This document shows positions 9,895-19,914 of a stretch of 64,000 nucleotides of DNA, in pieces. Source of the DNA: Sedimentisphaerales bacterium (GTDB lineage Bacteria > Planctomycetota > Phycisphaerae > Sedimentisphaerales > SM23-30); assembly GCA_963666285.1 (NCBI GenBank), contig OY762711.1. One strand, 5' to 3'. Positions within the stretch are counted from its first letter, which is position 1. Each line of letters starts with the position of its first letter. The position numbers and the translations under genes were made by a program. A model generated the notes under the pieces. That model was not told the DNA's origin. It made no database searches and was given only the letters and a program-made list of their open reading frames with translations.

Positions 9895-10818
9895 ATGAAT
9901 AAACGATATTTAATGCCGGGTGAGTATCATATAACAAGATCGCCTATGCAAATTGATACTTTGTTAGGTTCGTGCGTAAGTGTGTGTCTGCGTAACAGGA
10001 TCAAAGGGTATGCGGCAATGAATCATTACCTGCTGGCAAGACCAAGCAAGGACGTAGATAATGATATTGGACGCTATGGAACTACCTCAATCGAACATAT
10101 TGTAAAATCTTTACTGGCGATGGATCCCAATCCTGAACATCTTGAGGCGCAAATCTTTGGTGGTGGTGCGGTAATGGATAGTTTGAGCAAAACCAGCAAT
10201 GTTGGCGGCGATAATATTGCGATGGCCAAAGAAATGCTTGCTAAATTTTCTATCCGAATTACTAAAAGTGATGTTGCAGGAACAAAGGGGCGTCGTATAA
10301 GTTTTAATACTGAAACTAACGAGGTTATTTCCAGGTCCGTTGGCAGTGATTCTGATAATGCCTTAACGCTGGAAAATAAAACTCCTCAGAAAAAAAGCGT
10401 CAAGCGGGTATTAGTTGTTGATGACTCCAAGACTGTTCGTTCTTTGTTGAAAAAAGCAATTGACACTGCCGATGATATGGAGGTTGTCGCCGAAGCCGCC
10501 GATGCTTACGAGGCCAGGCAGAAAGTCGTTGAATTAGACCCGGATGTACTTACTCTTGATATTATTATGCCAAAGATGGATGGTTTGGCGTTTCTACAAA
10601 GATTACAGAAGTACAGGCCTAAACCTGTAGTTATTGTATCAACAATAGCAAAAGATGGATCAAAAGTAGCAGAAAATGCCAAAAAATATGGCGCGGCAGA
10701 AGTAGTTGATAAGGATGAGCTTGAGTTATATAAAGGTATGGATATTGTATGCAGGGTACTTATTCCCAAGATAAGAAATGCAATGAGAAAGTCCGGCAGT
10801 AAAGTAACTATAAGCTAA
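9895..10818 (+). CDS. cheD: CheD chemoreceptor glutamine deamidase fused to a C-terminal receiver domain
   Basis: TLLGSCVSVC, MNHYLL, AQIFGGG, NVGGDN, DVAGTKGR; then VLVVDDS...LDIIMPKMDG...VVIVST...DK. Confidence 0.88.
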   Translation: MNKRYLMPGEYHITRSPMQIDTLLGSCVSVCLRNRIKGYAAMNHYLLARPSKDVDNDIGRYGTTSIEHIVKSLLAMDPNPEHLEAQIFGGGAVMDSLSKTSNVGGDNIAMAKEMLAKFSIRITKSDVAGTKGRRISFNTETNEVISRSVGSDSDNALTLENKTPQKKSVKRVLVVDDSKTVRSLLKKAIDTADDMEVVAEAADAYEARQKVVELDPDVLTLDIIMPKMDGLAFLQRLQKYRPKPVVIVSTIAKDGSKVAENAKKYGAAEVVDKDELELYKGMDIVCRVLIPKIRNAMRKSGSKVTIS

Positions 10819-10827
10819 AAAAAGAAT

Positions 10828-11871
10828 ATGAATTTAACATTAAGCAAAACAATTAAAGTTCTTATTGTCGATGATTCGGCAGTAGTAAGAAAAGTACTTA
10901 CACAGAATTTAGGTAAAGACAGCAATATAGAGGTTGTGGGGACAGCCCCAGACCCCTATGTGGCACGCGAACGTATTCTGGAGCTAAAACCTGATGTGTT
11001 GGTTCTGGATGTAGAAATGCCCAGAATGGACGGGATTACATTTCTGGATAAACTTATGCGTGCCAGGCCGATGCCGGTTATCATTTTTAGTTCGTTGACA
11101 CCAAAAGGCAGTCAGATGGCATTGGAAGCGATGCAGAGCGGTGCAGTGGATGTTGTCTGTAAAGCTGGTGAGGCATATAAAGTTGGTGATGCGATTGAAG
11201 ACTTGATACAGAAAATCAAAGCTGCATCAAGAGCCAATATTGACCATCTGATTAATAATATTAAGAACAAACCTAAGAAATCTCAAAGACTCAGCTTGGC
11301 AGTTACAACTCATAAGATTCTGGCTATTGGTGCTTCGACAGGTGGAGTTCAGGCACTTTCTACTGTAATTAAAATGATGCCGCCTAATTCACCGGGTACA
11401 GTAATTGTTCAGCACATGCCTCCGAATTTCACTAAATCTTTTGCTTCCAGGCTTAATGATGAATGTGATGTTTCGGTAAAAGAAGCTCAGGATGGTGATC
11501 ATGTATTGCCTGGTCAGGTATTAATAGCGCCTGGGGGGTATCATATGGTCTTATCTCGTTCAGGTGCCAGTTATTATGTGAAAATCAAAGATGGGCCAAG
11601 AATCAAGCATCAGAAACCAAGTGTTGATGTCTTATTTGACTCTGTTTCTCAGTATGCCGGTGCCAATGCCGTTGGCGTTATTCTTACTGGTATGGGAGAT
11701 GATGGAGCAGAAGGTATGTTAAAAATGAAACAGGCTGGTGCAAAAACTGTTGCACAGGATGAAGAAAGTTGCGTAGTTTACGGCATGCCTGCAGCGGCTG
11801 TAAAGATCGGGGCTGCAGATCACCAGGTTTCGTTGTCTAAAGTTGCAGAAACTGTTCTAAAATTATTATAG
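10828..11871 (+). CDS. cheB: Chemotaxis methylesterase CheB
   Basis: REC domain plus IGASTGG, VQHMP, ILTGMGDDGA, AQDEESCVVYGMP. Confidence 0.96.
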   Translation: MNLTLSKTIKVLIVDDSAVVRKVLTQNLGKDSNIEVVGTAPDPYVARERILELKPDVLVLDVEMPRMDGITFLDKLMRARPMPVIIFSSLTPKGSQMALEAMQSGAVDVVCKAGEAYKVGDAIEDLIQKIKAASRANIDHLINNIKNKPKKSQRLSLAVTTHKILAIGASTGGVQALSTVIKMMPPNSPGTVIVQHMPPNFTKSFASRLNDECDVSVKEAQDGDHVLPGQVLIAPGGYHMVLSRSGASYYVKIKDGPRIKHQKPSVDVLFDSVSQYAGANAVGVILTGMGDDGAEGMLKMKQAGAKTVAQDEESCVVYGMPAAAVKIGAADHQVSLSKVAETVLKLL

Positions 11872-11901
11872 TTATATTATTCGCAGGAGTACTAGAGTCA
11901 A

Positions 11902-12825
11902 ATGGTTCATAATATTCTACTCGAAGCCGGCACGAATGAGATGGAGATGCTGACATTTAGTCTTGGCAATATCCCATTTGGTGTTAATGTGGCTAAGGTC
12001 AGAGAGATAATACAGCAGCCAAAGTTGATTTCAATTCCGCATGCTCCGTATGTTGTCGAAGGCAGTTTTAAGCTTCGCGACAGGGTTATTACACTCATAA
12101 ATCTCGGTAAATATTTTGGTGTAGAAACCGAAAAGTGTGATAAAGGCAACGGGTTGATTATTATTGTCGAGTTTAATAGTGTTTATTGCGGTATTCTTGT
12201 GGATTCAGTTGAGGTGATTACTCGAATGAGCTGGAAGGCTATTCAGCCGCCTTCAACTTACCTTTCAAAGGTAGATGCTCCGATTACAGGCACTGTAGAG
12301 CTTCAAGACAAAACAGTTTTAGTAATAGATTTCGAAACTGTTGTTGGCGAAATACTGGGAACTCCTTCTCCGGAACTACCTGCCGAAGAAACAGTTCGAG
12401 ATATTACCAATTATGCTGACGCCAGGATAGTTTTTGCCGATGATGCTACTATCGTTCGAGAAAGCATGAAAGAATTTATGGCTACCTGTGGTTATCATGA
12501 TATGACCGTCTTTAGTGATGGTCAGCAGGCCTGGGATTATATCTATAAGAATCGAAATGTCGAAAATGGACCTTGTGACCTGGTTGTGTCTGATATTGAA
12601 ATGCCGTGTATGGATGGCCTGCATCTGGCACGCAAGATAAAAGAGGACCCTCAATTAAAAAATATTCCAGTTGTTTTGCTTTCTTCTTTGATAACACCCG
12701 ATAATCTTAAGAAAGGTCAGCAGGTTGGTGTAGATGCACAGATTAAAAAGTCTGAAACTGATAAACTGGTAGAAATACTTGAATCTTGTCTGGCTAGAAA
12801 GATTGGGGAGGCACTAGCAGTGTAA
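11902..12825 (+). CDS. cheV: Chemotaxis coupling protein CheV (CheW-REC)
   Basis: ILLEAGTNEME, FGVNVAKVREII, then ADD...SDIEMPCMDG...LSSL. Confidence 0.92.
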   Translation: MVHNILLEAGTNEMEMLTFSLGNIPFGVNVAKVREIIQQPKLISIPHAPYVVEGSFKLRDRVITLINLGKYFGVETEKCDKGNGLIIIVEFNSVYCGILVDSVEVITRMSWKAIQPPSTYLSKVDAPITGTVELQDKTVLVIDFETVVGEILGTPSPELPAEETVRDITNYADARIVFADDATIVRESMKEFMATCGYHDMTVFSDGQQAWDYIYKNRNVENGPCDLVVSDIEMPCMDGLHLARKIKEDPQLKNIPVVLLSSLITPDNLKKGQQVGVDAQIKKSETDKLVEILESCLARKIGEALAV

Positions 12826-12867
12826 GTGTCTATATTTCTTATAGATATAAATATATTTAAATTGTTT

Positions 12868-12912
12868 AAGCAGGAGTTTTCTGAAAAAAAGGAAATTCCT
12901 GCTTTTTTTTTC
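12868..12912 (+). terminator. Intrinsic terminator of the che operon
   Basis: AAGCAGGAGTTTTC...GGAAATTCCTGCTT stem followed by a long T run. Confidence 0.8.
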
Positions 12913-12941
12913 TTGAAATTAAAACGAGCGTTTAATATAAA
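12913..12941 (+). promoter_or_regulatory. Sigma70 promoter with a palindromic putative TetR operator in the spacer
   Basis: TTGAAA-17 nt-TATAAA; spacer contains AAACG-AG-CGTTT. Confidence 0.6.
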
Positions 12942-12987
12942 TGTTTTATATGTTTATATTAAATGGATGTATAAATTGGAGTAAGAA

Positions 12988-13635
12988 TTGAATTTACCAA
13001 ACGAAACAGCTCAGAATGTGCTTGAATGTGCTTGTAAAGCATTTGCAGAAAAGGGCTATTCTGACACCAGTATTAGCGATATCTGCGGCATGGCAGATGC
13101 TAATCGGGCAGCTGTTAATTATTATTTTCGCAGCAAACAAGGTTTGTATGAGGTTGTGTTTAATCATGCGTGGGAGTGTTTTTGTCAAAAGTATCCGATA
13201 AATCTTGAAGACTGTGGTAGTGCTGAGGATAAATTATATAAATTTATCAATTCCGTTATTTATGGCATTTTTGATCCGGAACAGGCTGGCTGGTTTATGC
13301 AGCTTATGTTTCATGAGGCAGTTAATCCTTCTGTTGCCATTCATCACATTCTTGTCAGTCATATTAAAACTGTTCGCAATAAGTTGGATTCTATTATCGT
13401 TGAGTTAACAGGGGAAGATAATATGGAAATAATTTATTTGCTGAATATGAGCATTATGGGAAATTGTTTGTTTTTTAATATGACTAGAAATATAAGAAAA
13501 TTCAAACTGGAAAATAATATTCCGCCATTTAACAGGCCGGAGTTCAGGACAGTAAATAAATTGAGTGATTTGGTTGATCATACTTATAAATTTTGCTTGA
13601 ATGCATTGCTCTCTTTTAGAAAGCATGGAGAATAA
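12988..13635 (+). CDS. TetR/AcrR-family transcriptional regulator (DUF1956-type C-terminus likely)
   Basis: HTH FAEKGYSDTSISDICGMADANRAAVNYYFRSKQGLY; TTG start after GGAG. Confidence 0.9.
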   Translation: MNLPNETAQNVLECACKAFAEKGYSDTSISDICGMADANRAAVNYYFRSKQGLYEVVFNHAWECFCQKYPINLEDCGSAEDKLYKFINSVIYGIFDPEQAGWFMQLMFHEAVNPSVAIHHILVSHIKTVRNKLDSIIVELTGEDNMEIIYLLNMSIMGNCLFFNMTRNIRKFKLENNIPPFNRPEFRTVNKLSDLVDHTYKFCLNALLSFRKHGE

Positions 13636-13636
13636 T

Positions 13637-15055
13637 ATGAAGCTTATGCACTATATATTATTTGCGATTCTGACCTTGTTTGCAGGTTGTATGCCATATG
13701 TTCCGCCGGAAGAACCAGTTGATTTAGAGTTGCCTGATGCGTATTCTAATTCAGTTTCGACTGTTGGGGTAGATTTGCCTGATAAATGGTGGCAGGCTTT
13801 CGGCAGTGATGAGCTGAACAGCCTGGTTGAAGAAGCATTATCAAATAATCTTACTGTCGAGCAGGCCTGGCATAGACTAAGGCAGGCCGAAATGGCTGAA
13901 ATAAAGGCTCGAGCTGTTAAACAGCCTACAGTTAATGCTGTCGCTGGTGGAGAAATCTCCAGGACACACCTGGAAACCGCAGCTGGTAGTTTGGAATCAA
14001 AGGATGAAAGCTGGTCGCTTGGCCTTTCTGCAAGTTACGAGATTGATTTTTGGGGCAGAATTGAATCACAGGTTAAAGCTTCACAATTGCAGGTTGTTAA
14101 TTCCAGGGAGGCTGTCAATATTGCCGCTACTTCTGTTGCCGGTGAAGTTGTTAATGCCTGGTTGCAGATACTTTCCCTGCGTCAGCAAAAAGATTTATTG
14201 GAAATGCAGCTTAAAGCAAATGAAGACATTCTTAAGTTGATTAAACTTCGATTTAATATGTCAATTGTAACAGCTCTGGATGTATTTCAGCAGCAGCAGG
14301 CAGTTGAGAATACCAGGGCTTCGATTCCACTCATAGAATCCGATGAAAAGGTTCAGATGAATAAATTAGCGGTACTGCTTGGCAAAATGCCTGGTAGTTA
14401 TATTGAAATCAAACAGACACATTTGCCCCGGATGCCGCTTTTACCCCAATATGGACTTCCGTCTGACTTGCTTACCATGAGACCCGACATTCAATCAGCA
14501 ATGCAGAATGTAGAAATTGCACAGTGGAATCTTGCAACTGCTGAGGCTGATAAGCTGCCGGCATTCAGTATTTCCGCGTCAGCCAGGTATGCCGACGACA
14601 ATCTGGAAGATCTTTTTGATAACTGGGCAATGAATCTGGCAGCAAATATTACCGTTCCATTGATCGATGGTGATAGACTTCAGGCCGAAGTCGATAGAAA
14701 TAAAGCAGTTATTGCTGAGAACATAGCTGTGTATAAAGAAACTATTTTAGGTGCTGTTTCCGAGGTGGAAAACGCTCTTATTCAGGAAAAATATATGCAG
14801 GATAACATAGATACCAGCAATTCAAGACTGGATTATGCCAGGAAAGCATTTAACCAGGCTAAAGATCAGTATATAAATGGTATTTCAGATTATTTAAATA
14901 CGCTTACTGCTTTACTATCTGTCCAGTCACTTGAAATTGATCTTGTTGCCAAACAGACACAGCTGCTTGCCTATCGTATCGCTTTATATCGCTCGCTCGG
15001 AGGCAGTTGGTATGACAATTTGGAACGCCCCGTTTTAGCTGAAAATAATAAATAA
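13637..15055 (+). CDS. Efflux outer membrane lipoprotein (NodT/OprM-like)
   Basis: Lipobox LFAGC; WWQAFGSDELNSLVEEAL, SYEIDFWG, GLPSDLLTMRPDI, LYRSLGGSW. Confidence 0.92.
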   Translation: MKLMHYILFAILTLFAGCMPYVPPEEPVDLELPDAYSNSVSTVGVDLPDKWWQAFGSDELNSLVEEALSNNLTVEQAWHRLRQAEMAEIKARAVKQPTVNAVAGGEISRTHLETAAGSLESKDESWSLGLSASYEIDFWGRIESQVKASQLQVVNSREAVNIAATSVAGEVVNAWLQILSLRQQKDLLEMQLKANEDILKLIKLRFNMSIVTALDVFQQQQAVENTRASIPLIESDEKVQMNKLAVLLGKMPGSYIEIKQTHLPRMPLLPQYGLPSDLLTMRPDIQSAMQNVEIAQWNLATAEADKLPAFSISASARYADDNLEDLFDNWAMNLAANITVPLIDGDRLQAEVDRNKAVIAENIAVYKETILGAVSEVENALIQEKYMQDNIDTSNSRLDYARKAFNQAKDQYINGISDYLNTLTALLSVQSLEIDLVAKQTQLLAYRIALYRSLGGSWYDNLERPVLAENNK

Positions 15056-15074
15056 CCAATATGAGGCTCAATTC

Positions 15075-16448
15075 ATGAAATCAGCAAAAGTATTTATTAA
15101 AGTTTTAATAGTTGCCGTTTTAGTTATTAGTGTTGCTTTGATAATCTATTTGATGGTTTTAAATAAACCTGAGATAAAGAAAAGACCGCAACAGAAGCTT
15201 ACTTATCTAGTATCTGCTCAGGCAATCAAACCTGCCAGTGAAGCGGTGGTTGTCAGTGGTATGGGAACTGTTATTCCGGTCAGACAGGTATCCCTAAAGT
15301 CAAGAGTTTCAGGTCTTGTTAGTAATGTGGCTGATGAGTTTCTGCCTGGTGGTTTTTTTCAGAAGCAGCAGGAATTGCTGAAAGTCGATCCGGACGATTA
15401 TACACTGCTGGTTAGTCAGGCACAGGCTCAGTATGATAATGCTGTTGCAGCTTCACAGTTAGAGCAGGGCCACCAGGAAGTGGCCAGACGCGAATGGGAT
15501 ATGCTCAGCAAAGATTTTCAGGCTTCCGATCTTGAGAAAAAACTGGCGTTAAGAAATCCCCAGCTTAAACAGGTTCAGGCTAGTGTTGATATTGCCAAAA
15601 CAGCTTTAGAGCAGGCACGTCTAAATCTCAATCGAACGTCAGTTACTGTACCTTTCAACTGTGTTGTTTTGGAGAAATATGCCGAACTGGGAGCTAATAT
15701 CACAACTCAGGAAACAGTGGCAGATCTGGCATTTACGGATGAATTCTGGGTTTCTCTTTCTGTTCCTTTGGATCAGCTGAAATGGTTTGATATTCCTGGC
15801 CAGGTTGGTGGTAAAGGATCAGAGGTTATTGTTAAGTATCGTGAAACTTATTCTGTCAAAGGATATGTTACAGGTTTGCTTAGCAGCCTGGAAGACCAGG
15901 GGCTGATGGCAAAGGTTTTGGTCTCAATTAAGGATCCTTTGAATCTGGAGAAAAAAGACGATCGTGAACCTTTGCTGCTTGGCGACTATGTGAAAGTTGA
16001 TATTATTGGCAAAAGACTTGATAATATAACCAGATTCGATCGTTCTGCATTGCGTAACGGTTCGAGTATCTGGGTTGCGGTACCAGTTGATAATGGTGAT
16101 ATAAACGGTTATACACTCGATATCAGGCCGGTTAATGTTATGTGGCGTGATGAGGATTTAGTTATTATTCAAGACACTTTGAACGAAGGTGAAATGCTGG
16201 TAACTTCTGGTATTGCTGCACCCGTACAGAATATGTACCTTAGAGTTGATGGCTATGATTTTACGTTCAAGAATCAGCTTACTCCGCTTGAAAATGCTGA
16301 GTTAAATGTTGAAAAAACTCTATTGTCCATGGAAGCTGCAGAAAAGGCAGTCGAAGCGGCAGAGAAGGCTCATGATGACGCATTGAAAGATCTGGAAACT
16401 CTTAAACAACAAAGTAAGCAGGAAAAACAGCAGCTTGAAAATAAGTAG
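15075..16448 (+). CDS. RND efflux periplasmic adaptor subunit
   Basis: N-terminal TM; GTVIP..VSLKSRVSG, hairpin, LNRTSVTVPF; lies between the OM factor and RND genes. Confidence 0.9.
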   Translation: MKSAKVFIKVLIVAVLVISVALIIYLMVLNKPEIKKRPQQKLTYLVSAQAIKPASEAVVVSGMGTVIPVRQVSLKSRVSGLVSNVADEFLPGGFFQKQQELLKVDPDDYTLLVSQAQAQYDNAVAASQLEQGHQEVARREWDMLSKDFQASDLEKKLALRNPQLKQVQASVDIAKTALEQARLNLNRTSVTVPFNCVVLEKYAELGANITTQETVADLAFTDEFWVSLSVPLDQLKWFDIPGQVGGKGSEVIVKYRETYSVKGYVTGLLSSLEDQGLMAKVLVSIKDPLNLEKKDDREPLLLGDYVKVDIIGKRLDNITRFDRSALRNGSSIWVAVPVDNGDINGYTLDIRPVNVMWRDEDLVIIQDTLNEGEMLVTSGIAAPVQNMYLRVDGYDFTFKNQLTPLENAELNVEKTLLSMEAAEKAVEAAEKAHDDALKDLETLKQQSKQEKQQLENK

Positions 16449-16528
16449 TACAGTAGATATTGTAATTTTAATAGTTTGCTTTTAGATTCGGTGTTGGCGT
16501 TCTAATACAAATATAAGGATTTATAATT

Positions 16529-19500
16529 ATGGGTAAAACCATTCTTGATGACAGCTTGAAGAAAGGCCCCATCTCATGGATGGCTCGAAATTCAGTTGCG
16601 GCAAATTTAATCATGTTTGTCTGTATTCTGGGTGGAATATTCATGGCATTGAATATTAAAAAGGAAGTTTTTCCGGAATTTTCTACCGATATGGTTAGTG
16701 TCTCCGTTCCGTACCCCGGAGCTAGTCCCGAAGAAGTTGAAAAATCTATTGTACAGGTAATCGAGGAAAATGTTCGCGGACTCGACGGTGTCAAGGAAGT
16801 CACTTCAACTGCCAGTGAGGGTGTTGGTTCGGTCATGATTGAAATGCTGGTTGGATATGACTTGCAAAAGCTTTCCCAGGATGTCAAAACTGAGATTGAC
16901 CGTATTGTAACCTTCCCCGAAGATGCAGAAGAACCGCAGGTTACTCAGACATCCAGGAAAAGGCAGGTTATCTCGCTTATTATCGCAGGTGACATTGAAG
17001 AAGCGGCTTTGAGAGAAGTTGCCGAACAGGTCCGTGACCGAATGCTTATCGATGATGATATAACACAGGTAGAAGTTTCTGGTAACCGTGAATATGAAAT
17101 AAGTATCGAAGTCCCTCAGGACAATCTTAGAAGATACAATCTTACTCTCCAGCAGGTAGCTTCCAAAGTTAGCCAGACCTCATTGGAAGTGCCGGGAGGT
17201 TCGCTCAAGACTGTTGGCGGTGAAATCCTTGTACGCATGAAGGAACGCCGCGATTGGGGTGTTGATTTTGAAAATATACCGATTCTCAGTCTTCCGGACG
17301 GTTCTGAACTATTGCTCAAAGATATTGCATCTGTAAGAGATGATTTTGAAGATATTGATAAGTTTACTACATACAATGGTAAACGGGCTTTAATGCTCGA
17401 TATTTACAGGATCGGTAAAGAGACTCCTACCCAGGTTGCCGGGGCAGCTAAAAAAATCATGGAGGAAATGAAAGAAACTCTTCCCGATGGTATTGAGATG
17501 GCTGTCTGGAGAGATATGTCTCTTATTTATGAACAGCGTATGGACCTTCTCTTGCGAAATGGAGCTGTGGGTCTGGTTTTAGTTTTGTTTCTCCTGTCAT
17601 TTTTCCTGGAAATAAAACTGGCATTCTGGGTTATGCTTGGAATACCGATTTCATTTTTAGGTTCTATGATGGTTCTTCCGGCATGCGATGTTTCAATAAG
17701 TATGATTTCCATGTTCGGTTTCCTAATTGCTCTTGGTATCGTTGTTGATGATGCTATCGTTGTTGGTGAAAATGTTTATCATTATCACCAGGAAGGCATG
17801 CCTTTTATGAAGGCTGCTATTCTTGGTGCCAGGGAAGTGGCAATTCCTGTTACCTTTAGTGTGCTTACTAATATTATGGCGTTTCTGCCTATGTTATTTG
17901 TACCTGGTTTTATGGGGAAGATTTTCCGTGTTTTCCCGTTTATAATTGCTGCAATTTTCTTCCTTTCACTCGTTGAGAGCCTTTTTGTGCTTCCGGCCCA
18001 CCTTGGCCATCAAAGTGACAAGAAAAAAACAAATTTCTTTGCCAGGTCACAACGAGCTTTCAGTGACGGTTTTGTGAACTTTATTAGAAAATATTATAGC
18101 CCGTTTCTTGATATGGTTCTCAGGAACAGGTATATTACTATCTTAATTGGTATTGCTATTCTTGGTGTTACTTACGCCTATATCCATCTTGGCTATATCA
18201 GCTTCATACAGATGCCGCGTATTGAGTCTGATTATTCTGTTGCAACTATTGTTATGCCCTATGGCTGTGATGTCTCTGAAACTATCGCGGTTAAAGAATT
18301 TCTGGAAAAGAAAGCTCATGAGGTTATTGAAGCCAATGGCGGAGATAAACTGGTGGAAGGTGTGATCGCTATGGTTAATACTTCTGCTAGCTCTGGTGGA
18401 CCCGGCGGCGGCACAGGTACCAGTGGTAGTCATATTGCCAAGGTATATCTTACTCTCACTGAACCGGAAATCAGACCTATCAGTACTACTCAGCTTACTG
18501 ATCGATGGAGAGCGGCTGTTGGTGATGTACCTGGTACTGAGTATGTTCGTTTTGAGGCTGATTCTGGTGGTCCGGGATCGGGTGCGGCTCTTAGTGTAGA
18601 GCTGAGTCACAAGAGTATGGCTGTGCTGGAAGATGCCAGTGCCGAACTTGCGGACCAGTTGCGTGAAATAGCTTCGGTCTATGATGTGGATGATGGTTTT
18701 ACCCCTGGTAAAGAGCAGCTTGATTTTAAGATCAAACCTCAAGGGGAAGTGCTTGGGTTTACGGTTTCTGATATTGCTCGTCAGCTTAGAAATGCTTATT
18801 ATGGTGCTGAAGCTATTCGTCAGCAGCGTGGTCGTAATGAACTGAAGATAATGGTAAGATTACCGGAATCTGAAAGAGACACGATGTACAGCCTTGAAAA
18901 TATGATGGTTCGTTCACCGCAGACCGGCGTTGAGGTCCCGCTTAGAGAGGTTGCCTCTGTTGAACGTGGCAGGGCGTATACGTCTATTAGTCGCAGGAAT
19001 GGCAGGAGGGTAATTACTGTTACCTCGAACAATCCACCTGAGAATACTACTATTGTTCTGCATAAAGTCAGTAATGATGTAATACCGCCTTTGCTGGCCA
19101 AATACAACGGACTGCAGGCCGGTTTTGAGGGTAAGCAGGCTGATATGAGAGAGTCCAATGAAGCACTTATGGCTGGTTTTGTTGTTGCTCTGTTAGGCAT
19201 ATATGCTATGCTTGCGATTCCTTTTAGGAGCTATGTTCAGCCGCTTATTATTATGACCAGTATTCCGTTCGGTATGGTTGGTGCTGTAGTTGGCCATGTC
19301 ATGATGGGTTACAATCTTAGTATGATTAGTATCTTTGGTATTGTTGCTCTTGCTGGTGTGGTTGTGAACGACGTGCTGGTGTTGGTTGATTTTGCCAATG
19401 CCAGGAAAGCCGAAGGATGCAGCAGTCATGATGCGATCCTGGCAGCTGGTGTCCAGCGTTTCAGGCCGATTATGCTTACTACTCTAACTACTTTTGGAGG

Positions 19501-19687
19501 GTTGGCACCGATGATCTTTGAGACATCCCGTCAAGCCCGGTTCCTTATCCCGATGGCTCTTTCGCTTGGATATGGTATTATATTTGCAACTGCTATTACT
19601 CTTGTCCTGGCGCCTTCGCTCTATATGATGGTAGAAGATGTTCAGCATTTTTCGCAAAAAGTCAAAAAATTATGGCAAAGTATATAA
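16529..19687 (+). CDS. RND efflux permease (AcrB/AcrD/AcrF family)
   Basis: 1052 aa; YPGASPEEVE, LGIVVDDAIVVGEN, GVVVND, RFRPIMLTTLTTFGGL. Confidence 0.95.
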   Translation: MGKTILDDSLKKGPISWMARNSVAANLIMFVCILGGIFMALNIKKEVFPEFSTDMVSVSVPYPGASPEEVEKSIVQVIEENVRGLDGVKEVTSTASEGVGSVMIEMLVGYDLQKLSQDVKTEIDRIVTFPEDAEEPQVTQTSRKRQVISLIIAGDIEEAALREVAEQVRDRMLIDDDITQVEVSGNREYEISIEVPQDNLRRYNLTLQQVASKVSQTSLEVPGGSLKTVGGEILVRMKERRDWGVDFENIPILSLPDGSELLLKDIASVRDDFEDIDKFTTYNGKRALMLDIYRIGKETPTQVAGAAKKIMEEMKETLPDGIEMAVWRDMSLIYEQRMDLLLRNGAVGLVLVLFLLSFFLEIKLAFWVMLGIPISFLGSMMVLPACDVSISMISMFGFLIALGIVVDDAIVVGENVYHYHQEGMPFMKAAILGAREVAIPVTFSVLTNIMAFLPMLFVPGFMGKIFRVFPFIIAAIFFLSLVESLFVLPAHLGHQSDKKKTNFFARSQRAFSDGFVNFIRKYYSPFLDMVLRNRYITILIGIAILGVTYAYIHLGYISFIQMPRIESDYSVATIVMPYGCDVSETIAVKEFLEKKAHEVIEANGGDKLVEGVIAMVNTSASSGGPGGGTGTSGSHIAKVYLTLTEPEIRPISTTQLTDRWRAAVGDVPGTEYVRFEADSGGPGSGAALSVELSHKSMAVLEDASAELADQLREIASVYDVDDGFTPGKEQLDFKIKPQGEVLGFTVSDIARQLRNAYYGAEAIRQQRGRNELKIMVRLPESERDTMYSLENMMVRSPQTGVEVPLREVASVERGRAYTSISRRNGRRVITVTSNNPPENTTIVLHKVSNDVIPPLLAKYNGLQAGFEGKQADMRESNEALMAGFVVALLGIYAMLAIPFRSYVQPLIIMTSIPFGMVGAVVGHVMMGYNLSMISIFGIVALAGVVVNDVLVLVDFANARKAEGCSSHDAILAAGVQRFRPIMLTTLTTFGGLAPMIFETSRQARFLIPMALSLGYGIIFATAITLVLAPSLYMMVEDVQHFSQKVKKLWQSI

Positions 19688-19914
19688 CTGTTAGTTTTCA
19701 CACTCTTTGAGATGCAATTACCTGAAAGAATCAACAATAAAGTGATATTAATATGTTGAGCAATCAAAAGTGTATTATGAAGAAGATATTGAAAAAATAA
19801 TTGTATTCAGGCTTATCATGGAGGTCTGAGTATATTCTTGTTTTACTTTGGTTCTTAACTATAATGTTATTGTTTGAGCAGGTTGACATAAACATATAGA
19901 TTAGGAAATATATT

